The translations under genes were made by a program, and so were the position numbers. From NCBI GenBank assembly GCA_023213395.1, contig CM041465.1, positions 81,103,741 to 81,167,740 of the forward strand: a stretch of 64,000 nt of DNA, given 5' to 3'. The stretch comes from Cycas panzhihuaensis (taxonomy: Eukaryota; Plantae; Cycadophyta). This document shows, piece after piece, positions 12,416 to 23,905 of the stretch. The notes beneath the pieces are model-generated. The model made no database searches and was not told the origin of the DNA. It saw only the letters and a list, made by a program, of their open reading frames with translations. The first letter of the stretch is position 1; every line of letters begins with the position of its first letter.

Positions 12416-15400
12416 TATATTTGATATGGTTTAAAATAAATGTGGGGATTAAAAGGAGACCCCAACCCATATACAGAGTCTGCTAGAGTGGCTACAAAAA
12501 TTTACTGTGATAAGCTCACGGTCTAGCTAACCATAATATGCAATATCATCTAGAACTAGAGCACCACAGATCCAATCTAATTAGACCCACAATTTCCTTA
12601 GGAATATCAACCCTCCAGAGCTCAGATCTTCTATGCTAAATCCCCATTTAGTAAGTTGATCATCGATCCTATTTCCATCCCTATAGGTATGGTTCATCTA
12701 GATATTGTTTATCCCACTTAGCATAATCTTTGCATCTTCAATCATCACCTAGCGCTTCCAGCTAGGCTTTGCTTCCCCTCTAAGAAAATTAATCATAATC
12801 TTTGAATCCCCATCCACTATAATTCTCAGACTCCCCAAGCTAAATACCAAGTCCACAACTCTATGTATAGCTTAGATTTTTGCCTTATGATTGGTCTGGA
12901 TGCTGTAATATTTAGTAAAGGACCAAAAAATCTTCCCTTCAATGTCTCTGCAAACCCCTCCCCCCAGCTTCCCCAAGGTTACTTTTTGACGCACCATAAA
13001 AATTTATCTTAAGTTATCAGGTGGGGGAGGGCTCCAGTTGCCGTGTATTGCCTCCTTCAAATTCATATTGATATTTTCAATGCCCGAATTTACTAGGATT
13101 TTCCTGTCCTCAAGGGACATAAAGGCCTCTTCTTTAACTTTCAAAGTCTCTTTCAAAGTTGCCATAATAATCCTAAAAGGATTGGATTCACTCATTATTT
13201 TATCCTAAAAGATGTTCCTATTTCTTTCTTTCCATATATTCTACAAAAGCGTGGGGAGGGACAATAACCACAAGGAGCGCAGCATCATGCACTTGAAGGG
13301 GCACTCCCAAGCCTTAGTAAGGTTCTTGACTGTTCTAGGGAGAACCCAAGAAACCCCAAAAGAATTCCATAAGATCGCCCACACCTCCTTGGAATAGGGG
13401 CAATGCAAAAGCATATGATCTAAGGTCTCCTCCTCCCATAAATATAAAGTGCATCTATTAGCCAGTTGGAAACCCCTCTTCCTGAGGTTCTCTAATATTA
13501 AAATATTATTCTTAAGATAGAGCCACCAAAAGATGGCTATCTTAGGAAGGAGTCCTAGCTTCCACACTCCACCGAGGAGCTTATTTTCAGTTATACCTTT
13601 TTCCATCATTAGGAAAGGATAACCAGCTTTAACTATGTATGTTCTAGAGGGCGAACTAGGCTAGACCATGGTGTCACCTTTAGGGAATCTAGGAATATAA
13701 ATATCATTTAACTCCTTCTTTAGTTTGTCAATATACTGCTCAGCCTCCTCAGTGTAGGACAGATCTTCAAAGCTCTTTCATTTCTTCTCGCCCTCCCTAC
13801 TCTCCCAATAGGCTATAACCTTCTTTCCATAATGGATTTCACTAACCTACTAAAGAGGGGAAGGGCTGGCCTCTTGTTTAGCTAAGATTGAGTGTGCTAA
13901 TTGTCATCCTAGAAATTGATAGTTTTTCCATCCCTTAGGCTCCATTGAACCCCCTTCACTAGCATTTTCTTTGCATACACTGAAATCCTCTAGATGGCTG
14001 ACCCTTGAATCCTAAGACTAGTGTTTAGATACTAGTTATCCTTAAGGTATCTGCCAGCCATGATCTTGCACCAAATCCTGTTTTCCTTGATAGTAAGACA
14101 CCACACCAGGTTAGCTACTAGTGCTTTGTTAAAACAAGCTGGGTCCTTAACATTTAGGCCCCCTGCCCATTTAGGGAAGCATGCTTTCTCCTAAGATACT
14201 AGATGAATTCTCTCCCTGTCCTCAACCCCAGACCATAGAAATATTTTCTAAATAGATTCAAGGGTGCTTATGACCTTCCTAAGGCACCTGAATAAGGACA
14301 TCATATAGGTAGGGATGCTCTGTAGCAAAGCCACTAACAATTGAAGTTTCCTTGCTTGGCTTAGTAGATCCCCTTTCTAGCCAGTTAACTTCCTTTGGAT
14401 CCTACTGATGATTGGGTTTTAAAGGACCTTCTCCATTTTGCCATAAAATAAGGGCATCCCTAGGTATAGAGTAGGAAACAACTTGATCTACATTTCTAGG
14501 ACCTTGCTTATGGCCCTTTCAGTCTTTTCTAGAGTATTCAGAAAAAAGATGTTACTCTTATGCAGGTTTATCTTTTGATTCATTACAGCCTCTAGTCTTT
14601 CTAATTGATTTTTTAATGTTCTAGCTTCCTTTATAGCTACCTTACATAGCATAATGTTGTCATCCACAAAGTGATGATGAACAATATTATCTAGCCCCGG
14701 CATGATTTTTAGGCCCTCAATCTTTCCAGATGACCTAGCTTCCTCTAAGGACCTTCTAATGAGCTTAGCCAAAATAATGAATATATAAGGAGCCAAGGGG
14801 TCCTCTTGTCTTAAGCCTTTGTACCCTAGGAAAAAAGCTAAAGAGGAACCATTTATGATCATAGAAAATCTAGGATTTGAGATGCAACTCTTGATCCAAG
14901 ATATCTAATGATCTTTGAATCTAAATGATCTAATACAGTGTAACAAACATCCCCATGAGACTCTGTCATAGGCTTTTGACAAGCCAATCTTAACAAACAT
15001 CCCAAGGTCTTTCCTTTGGATTGTCAAATGGACAGTTTCATAAACTGTGATTATCCCATCTAGGATTTGTCTACCCTTCATGAACCCATTCCAATTCTAG
15101 TCTATTATCATTGGGAGAAAATCTTTTAGCCTGTTCACAAGGATCCTTGCTAAGATCTTATATTTACATTGCATAGACTGATAGGCCTATAATCTTCAAT
15201 TCTCCTAGTATCTTCTTTCTTCAGAATCAGGACCAGGAATGTGGCTTGCCATTCTCTATGGATCCTCCTATTCACATGGAATTCTTTGACAGCTTCATAA
15301 AGGTTGTCCTTTACGATGTCCCAATATTCTTGATAAAAGTTGGGAGGGAACCCATCTGACCTAGGGGATTTTTCCTTCTTCATTCTAAAAACAACATTCC

Positions 15401-17041
15401 TCACCTCTTCCAATGAGAAGAGATCTTCTAAAACTCTATTTATATCACTTCTGACTAGGTTTAGAATCAAAGTTAGAACCTCTCTTTTGATTATTTTATC
15501 AACACAGCCTGGTTCCTTATAGAGTTCCAAAAAGTACTCCACAGTAACTTCCTTAATGGCCTCTTGATATGATATTGTCTCCCCATAATTGTTAATCAAA
15601 GATTTAATCTGATTACTGGCTCTATGTTTTATGATTGTCATATGGAAGAATTTTGTATTTCTATTTCCCTCAGCATGCCACAAAGCTCTCAACTTTTATT
15701 TCTAGAAGATTTCCTCCTTCGACAGAACACCCTCAAGTTTAGATAGAAGCCTCCTTTCTTCTTGATGTAGAGGGATGGATCTCCCTTACTCTTGAATTTA
15801 CTCCTCTAGAGATTTTAACTACTCCAGGGTTTAATCCTTCTTTATGAATATATCTCTATGGATGTTCTTGTTTTAGACCTTAATCTCGTGCTTCACCCAA
15901 TTTAGTTTCTTTGAGAACCTCCACATCACGCACCCATCCACAGAGGTCTTCCACCATTCCTCCATCAACTCTCAGAGGCCCGGGTCCTTTGTCCATATAA
16001 GCTCAAACCATAAAGAGGGGCTCATTCGACCTTTGTTCTCATCAAATCCCAGTAATAGCAAGGCATGATCTGACACGGTCTTCGATAGGGCTTCCAGACT
16101 GATATTACTATGCTAGCTAGCCTAGGCATAGTTAACGACAACAATATCCAATATGAACTAGATGTGATTAGATCTCAGTCTATTATTAGACCATATGAAT
16201 CTATTCCCCCTTAGAGGAATATCCATTATCCTAGCTTTCTACATAAAGTCCCCCAAGTCCTCCATGCTTCTTGTCCACTCTACATGGCCCCCTTTCTTCT
16301 TATAAGGAGAAAGGGCTATGTTGAAGTTGCCAGTAATCACCTAGGGGCTCGCCCACTGCTTTTGGGCCTTTAGAATCCTATTCCATAGTCACTTCCTCCT
16401 ATCCTGTGTCAAGGGGGCCTATACATTAGTGATAAGCCACTTGCGATTAGAGTTTATACTTATCATCCAATAAGATATAAAGTGGTCCTCAGTGATATAC
16501 TCCTCATTAGCCCAACTTCTAGGGTTCCACATGGTACTCAGCCTGCCAAACCCTCTAATCCCATCTAGGGTGATCCACTCAGCTCCTTTCCATATTTTAT
16601 TCTTAACCATAGCTCTGTTCTCAACTAGCAGTTTCATTTCCTAAATCATCAAAATATCTAACTTCATTATACTCTGTAAGTCTTCGATCATTCTATATTT
16701 AGATGGGACATTAATACCACGTATATTCCAGGAGGCAATCTTCATAATTACTACCCGCCCCTCTAGGGCCTTCCTTATTTCTTACTCCTTCTTTTAGACC
16801 CCTATGATTGGCCTCCATCCTTAAGGCTTCGTTGTGTACCCTGATCTATTTGAAACGCTGCCTCTCTCACCCACAACACCTTAGATGATGGCCTTCTATG
16901 CCTTTTCTCACTGTGAACATTAGGACCTTTAGTAGGGTCTAGCTCCTTAGCTCCTTCCTATCCCTAACTCCTTTGTCTCTTATCTTCCAAACCTTCTCCA
17001 TCTCCCCCTCTGGTGAGAGGCTTCCTTCCTTATCATTTCCT
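12416..17041 (-). mobile_element. 5'-truncated plant L1-clade LINE with RNase H
   Basis: ORF2 EN-RT-zf-RNase H plus the tail of ORF1; candidate 13-bp TSD TATTG(T/G)ATATATA at 12403-12415 and 17042-17054. Confidence 0.92.
12560..16745 (-). pseudogene. L1 ORF2 (APE endonuclease, reverse transcriptase, zf-RVT, RNase H)
   Basis: MKIASWNIRGIN at 16745; EGNRNTKFFH, KSPRSDGFPPNFYQ, DYRPISLCN (15150..15692); GLRQEDPLAPY, HHFVDD (14488..14862); ETLDHMLLHCPY (13241..13609); RNase H KLNFYGASKSNLG..DGDSK..HTYRDGN (~12600-13010). Confidence 0.93.
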
Positions 17042-17814
17042 TATTGGATATATACATTTTGAAGTCCAATAGCATCTATGGGGGTCTGGTTGCATATTGC
17101 ATTGACTTGTAGTTATCCTTAAGAAAACATTGAGAGATTACAAGGAAAAGGTAAAGAATATAGAAAATATATTAGGAAGGCAGATTTTATAAATAAGGGG
17201 TAGGAATGTAAAGGTAGGATTGCATGTAAGGAATATAGAATGTAAGGGCTAAATTATATAAGGGGAGGTATATACAAGTATATATTAAGGATAAGGAATT
17301 AAAATACATAAGACATAGAGGATATAGATTAGTTATTTTATGGGAAATACTAGGGAGAAGCATACATGGGGAGTTAAATGGGGTATGCAATATATGAAGG
17401 ATAAGTTCGATAAGAGATTAAAAAAATAGATTTGTGGGTGATAAAGATGTCATTATATATAATAAAGGTTAAATAAATCTAGATCTACTACTGAATTTGG
17501 TATTTGATTAGGATAAGGAAAATAAGTAGAGAATAAGGATTAGACATTTCTTATGAGAAAAGTATTTTAATAATGGTATGTGAAGATTATTTATAGAGTA
17601 ATTCAAAGGATTAGGGGGGAATAATATAGGGTATTGAGAAGGTTGATGGTAATGAGGATTGAGGTGTAGATAAAAAAAAAAAGGTAATGCTTTATAAAGG
17701 GATTGTATAATAATAAAATTAAAGGTTAAAACCAGTTAAGAGGGGGTCATAAGATGAGGAATATAGGGGTGATAATAAAGAGACTTCTTAGGGAATAGGA
17801 TATGAAAGGGTATC

Positions 17815-20439
17815 TAGAATCACACCTTTAGGGGGATCACTAAATTTTGGAGAAATCATGCCAACACAAGTGACAATTTCGTGGTCAAGGGATCTACAAG
17901 AGCGAGAGAGAGAGATTACCTACAAAGGGTATTCATGTGTTAGAATGTAGGTTTAAGAACTTGCAAATGGCACACAAACTCTCTTCCATGTAATGCCTCC
18001 TTGATTCAGAGTTGGGGCGAAAGAGGAATCTCCCCGGTTGACTGGGTAACCTCTACAAGGGCCCTCATATCTTGGATGTCTAAGGAAGGGAGGTAAAGGT
18101 GATGGCATACCTCTTCTTGTGAAGAGGGGAATGGGTGAAACAAGCCCTAATAGAAAGTAGAAAAGACTCACGTCTAGGCTTAGGATGGCTAGAAGCATGA
18201 GTAAATGAAGGAGGAGTTGGGTTAATGAACTAAGTTTGAGTTAAAAGGCAAAGCCAAAGGAGGATTTTCTAATAGTAAGGAAGGATGACCTTGAGAGGAG
18301 GTATTCTGAAGGCACCACACCTAAAATGGGGTTAGGCGTGGGAGACAAATAAAGTATGTTATTCCTACATTTACTGCCATTATGTAGTAGGGTAATGTGG
18401 GGTGTAGGTTATCATTATTTATGTTTGTTTCTTATAAATATAATAAATGAACTTAAAAAAAAAATAATGCACTCTCTTTCTCTTTCTTAAGTGTTAGCCT
18501 CACTCTCTTTATCCTTGATGATCAAGGGAAGAAAAAGGGCAAGCAAACCGCTAAGGAAAATAGAATGAATGAGAGATGTAACCCTACCTAATGGTATGCA
18601 AATAGGAAATGATGTGCCAATGGATGAGTGCATAACCCACCTTTACTAAACCCTAGTGTGAATGAGGGTTTAGGTGAAGGGGGAACACAAGTGAGTGTGT
18701 GACCAAAAGAAGTGGCATCTATTAGTGTGAGTTAGTTAGTTCTTGGTATGTAATCTAAATGAAACAGGCAATAGCAACTAATAGAATGCAAATAGTACAA
18801 TCCTTTCATCTTTCTTTTCATTTGTAGGGTATAAAAGAGAGGGGAGAGAGAGGTGAGAGTAGGAAAAAAAAAGTAAGAGAATATACCCAGGAACCAAACG
18901 GTTGGTGTAGCATCTTCCTTACTTCTTTCACGATCCAACCTCTCCTCCTCGGCGTGCCTTAATGTGAGGGGCATACTAAAAGGGGCATTGACAAGAGGGG
19001 GGCTTCCTTACCTTCCCCCAAAACTTAAATGTAAAAGAAATCAAAAGAAAGGATAAATACTTCTATAGATTTTTGAAGCACAAAATAACAAGGAAAGGAG
19101 GTCATACCTACAATAGAGACCTCTGTTTGCTCCAAAGCACGAGAAACCTACATAACACAAGTTTGCCCTTTCCCAAGGGGCACTAGATACATATAGAAGA
19201 AAGCACATGCAAGGAAATGTATATGTATGTGTATATCTCCTTTTAGAAAAGGAAAAGGATAAAATGATAAGCTTACCAAATATCTATCAAATGGTAAAAA
19301 TATATGATGTTAATATTATTCTTGCTTTATATGTAAACAAGTTATATGGGAAATAGGGGATAGAAAGGGAAGAATACGAATAGCTATCCCTCCTAACTAA
19401 ATGCTCCATACGTTTCCCAAGCACCCAAGCTAATAGCTAAGAGGACCAAGGCTACTCAATAATAGGTCTAAGACAGACTTTTGCAAGTGAAGAAAATGGG
19501 AGCAAGAAAACTGTAAATGTCGCAAAAGTTACAAGCATAACTTTTCCAAGTTTATGCAAGAACAAGCCTTAAAGTGGAAAGGGTGTGGAACAAGAGATAA
19601 AAAACAAGCTATATATGATCTTTAGTGGCTGGTTGTAGGCATAGCATAATGATGCCTATGTTGTAATTAGAAAAATTTTCCACCTCAATAGTTTCCCAGG
19701 TAAATAAGGAAGGTATCAAGGAGGGAAAGGGAAGGAGAGAAGAGGGTTGCCCTTGAGGAGAAGGCGTGTGGGTGCAGAACCTTTCCTAAGACTTGTTTCA
19801 CTCTCCTGTGAACCTCTTTCCCTACTATCACCTTGAGAAGACCAAAAAAGAACTTGTGGGAGGAAGTATACAAGCAAGAAAGAAGGAGGGATTACCTCCT
19901 GATACAACAAAAAAGAAGGGAATAGACTTTTCACATAAAGAGACTAATAGAGGAATGTTTATGCTATAAAAGGAACAAGAAAAAATAGATCTTAGAGTAC
20001 CTCGTAAGGGTAGAACTGTGGCAGATCTACTAGGCAAACTATATGACAAAGAGAGATTCCTTAGGGGGTTGCTAGAAAACCCCTTCAATATAGTAGAAAA
20101 GGAGTGAAACTCAAGATAAAGATGAAGCCTAGAGCTTAGTGGGATGCTTTGAGCATGACTCTGCCTTAGCCATCACTACTACAGATCTGCAGTGTACGCT
20201 TCCTGAGCTGTAAGAGCTGGTAGCTAAAAGGTGGAGTGAGTACAACTAAGTTAAGACCTATTTCAGAGCTTGTGGAGAAGAGAGGAGAGAAAAATGAGTG
20301 AGAAGAGGGAGAAATGAAGTGAATTTTAGGATTTTAGACCCAACCCTATCCCAACGAGCAATTAGGGTTTGCCTTAGGCAGGAAATAATCTACTGCCATG
20401 TGGTAATTTTCCATTTAATACCAAATTACCATGGCCAGA
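17815..20439 (-). repeat. 3' LTR of C, distal part (split by element A)
   Basis: Aligns with 47934..50538. Confidence 0.95.
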
Positions 20440-23400
20440 TGTTTCCCAGCTACTGGGAATGGGTATGGATGAGTCAACTCAGGTAGGTAGAGGTACGTTT
20501 CTATCCTTTGCCTTGGTCAAATATAAAAAGGTAAGTTGAAGTGTCTCTTTGTTTTTATTGCATGATTGACTGGTTCATTTACATAGCCATTATACATCTA
20601 TTGCTTGATCATGCTACATGATATCATTTCAACCTATGACGATCTAGGGATATGGATCCCATGGCACTCCACAACCCTCCTCCACATCTCCATATTATCC
20701 CAAGTACTAATCAGCCCTTGTGGCCTAATCACCATCCCATTGACATGCCTCAACCTCTGGCACCTTACTTAGGCATGGTGGGCATTTCCTCATTTGCTTA
20801 GCAACTTTTTAGGAGATTCTTGCCTTTGGTACTCCACCTAGCATAGGTCTCTTTGATCCCTTGACTATCTCCTACCACCTGGACAAAGTGTCATGTCCTT
20901 TAGGCCTGAAGCATCCCTTTTTTCTTGAGCTTCCAGACTTCCTTTTGTTGTTTCTCTATCGTACCATGATAAAGATCGTAATACCATCGTAAACATCACA
21001 GTACCATGAAGTTTATTGCAGGGTGGCTATCATTATTTACTTTTTAAAGTCTGTCGTGGATAATTTTGCATTTATTACAAAATTTCCATATGGTAGAGAC
21101 ATATTCCTAGCCTAAGTTGAACCCTAATTGCTCGATTAAGCTAGGGTTAGGTTTAAAACCTAGAAAAGCCCTTATTTTTTCCTCTTCCACTAAAAAAAAC
21201 TCTCTCTCTCACTCATTCTTTACAGCTTCCTGTAGAAATGGCCTACACATAGCTGACACATCAACCTTCCAACCTGAGATTAGCCCCCTATGGCTCTAGA
21301 TCTATAGTAGAAGGCCTACAATAAGGCTGCCCTAAGAAAGGGCATAGTACAAGCTTGCCACCAAGCACATATATCCCTCTTTAGTCTAGTCTCATCTTCA
21401 AATTGTAGCTTCCATAGTGTTTCACCTATAATTCCTATAGGGCTGGCCTTCTTTCCTCTTTTCTCAAGTAGATCTGCCCTTAATCTACCTATAGCAGGTA
21501 TTCCTTCCCCTTTATTTTATTTTTCTTCCTTCAAATTGTTAGAAAGTGGTTTGAATATCTTAAATAACACCCATTTCTTCTAACTTTCTTGTTGCACATA
21601 GGAGGTAAACCCTCTTTTTCTTGACTATTCATCATTCCTTCCAACTCTTCTCTAGTTTCTCCAAGGAGGCAGTGAGGAAGAGGTCACAAAGGGAAAGTGA
21701 AAGGTATAAAGGTAGGTTCTGTTCCCAGCAAGCCTTCTCCTCAAGGGCAGCCCCCTTCCCCCCCTTTCTCTTTCTTCTTCGTGCTTCCCTTGGGTTTCCA
21801 AAGGGCTTCTAGAAGAGGGGTCACCACTAGTAGCAGTATATAAAGCCTATTGCTGCACTTGGTCTCAGCTTTGCAGGCCTTACATGAGAAAGAATCGCAT
21901 CCTCAAATCAAACCCTACCCATCATTTGGTGTTAGGTTAGTTAGAGGTTGCAAAAGTTGCACTTTGTAACTTTTGTAACATTGACAACATTTATAGCTTT
22001 GCATTAACCTATCACTCATACATCAAGGTTTTGTTAGACAATCCTTGCCTGCTATATTTATGCTTGGGTAGTGTGAAGAGTTGTAGTCTTAGAGGTTTAG
22101 ACAATCTAAGGCTAACCGCCCCCATCCTCCTTCTTGTATTTTTTGCATGAAAGGAAGTTGAAAGTTGGTTTTAGATGCAAAAGTCTATTTTGGTTAAGAT
22201 AACTTGCATTCTGTTATTTTATATATTGCATATATATATACACATTATGTCCTAGCAACCCTATGGGAAGGGTGAATATTACTTGGTTCTAGATTCCCCT
22301 TTCGCCATGCATGGAGAAGGAGAAAGATGCTTCCACCCAGGTACATCCTTGTCTTCCTTCTTGGTATTTCACTTGAGTCTTTTTCATAGCTTTCTCTTCC
22401 TTTTTTCTTTCTATTTTTTCCTTTCAATTTAAGGAAGCTAAGGAAGCCCCCCTATCCTCATTCACCAGCATCACCACATCACGCTGTCCACATTTAGGAA
22501 TAGTAATAGGAAGGTGAATGTGACAAAGGGGATAATGCTCCTCCAACTACACCGTTTTTTGTGTATGCTCCTCACTCCCTTTTTGTCCTACTCCTCTTGC
22601 TTTGTTTTGTTCATCCACATGCATTACATATGAAGGAAAAGGGAAAAGAAAGAGAACTTGCATACATTACCTACACACATTTAGTTTGCTTACCTATTTA
22701 AAAAGTGCACTAGATAGGGGCCATACTCATTGCATACTTATTTGTTACACATTATTCTTAGCCTTGCATTCCTTGCATGCACCTTATATCACTTATGATT
22801 ACTTTGCTAGTTCCTCATCCTTTTTGCATTTGAAAATTAAGGAGAGCGAGGACATACATGAGTGGGTAAATGAGTGTTTTATTTTCTGTTTATAATTGTT
22901 CCTTTCCTTCTTCCCAGAAAGAACCCCTTCTTTGTACAAGAATACAACACCATATTGATAACCTCATTGTCACCCACATTGCATAGCCACCGGCATATAG
23001 AAGAGTTGAAACTCTCTCCACCATCGTTTCATGTCCTTAAGGTCATCTTAGGCATAGTGCCCTAAGGACAATCCTCCTTCAAGGCCACTTCCTTTTTTAA
23101 TCTTTGTTGTACTTATCGTAGCTAGGAAACCTTAGCACAACCTTTAGGTTAGTCACACACTCATAGATTGGTCATCTCGCCATTCTGCTTCAAGTGTGCA
23201 TCACCCTTGCTGCTTGCCTAGGCCCACTTCTTTTACACCCCATACTTTACATGAGGAGCCATCCCCTCGCTTATCTTCTCCTCCCTCCTTCAGCCATCCA
23301 AGGGTGGGAGGGCCCATCTTTCGAGGTTACTCGGGAGCCCCAGGATATCCCTCATGTCTTTCACCTCCCAACTGAGGTAGAGTTACTTTGAAGGGAGTTT

Positions 23401-23538
23401 GTGCGTAATTTACGTGTCTTGAACTTGCATTTCAATGCACAGATGCCTTTTGTGGGTGATCTCCTTAACTTTCCAGATAGATCTTTACTTTAGAACCTCT
23501 TCATTAGTTGACTCGATTTTAACCAAGTGTGGTTACTA
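20440..23538 (+). repeat. 5' LTR of A (~3.1 kb)
   Basis: Direct repeat of 35321..38428; starts TGTTTCC; followed by the PBS. Confidence 0.95.
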
Positions 23539-23539
23539 T

Positions 23540-23557
23540 TGGCGACCATATTGGGGA
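23540..23557 (+). promoter_or_regulatory. PBS, tRNA-Arg-like (Tat/Ogre type)
   Basis: TGGCGACCATATTGGGGA immediately after the LTR; homologous degenerate copy in C at 47915-47932 (minus). Confidence 0.8.
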
Positions 23558-23905
23558 TCGCCAGTAAGGGATTAATCCTCTCTCCTTTCATGTTGGTCCT
23601 ACTACCTTCCTAGTAGCTCTTTTTGGTTTGTTGGGCAGCCCCCATTACTCACACCCCATTATACCTCTTGCTTCTTCTTCCAACCTACAAATGAAACTTG
23701 TATGCAACGATTCTCATGTCGCTTGTGAGGCCTCCCTCCTTTGTTGGAAGACCCTTCTTATCACTCCCTCCTTTCATCAGATTTTAATTCCATTATAGAA
23801 GGACTTCCTTCAGGTTGGGCATATCATGCCTATATATTCGAATCTCATGAGCATACTACCTCTTTCCAAGGGCCCACCTGAGAGGGTAAGGAACCTATCC
23901 TTTAT

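Noticed and set aside
22602-23065. ORFs duplicated at 37487..37950 that look like conserved genes
   Set aside because: Duplication is simply the LTR pair; no domain motifs, and other LTR ORFs are not preserved.
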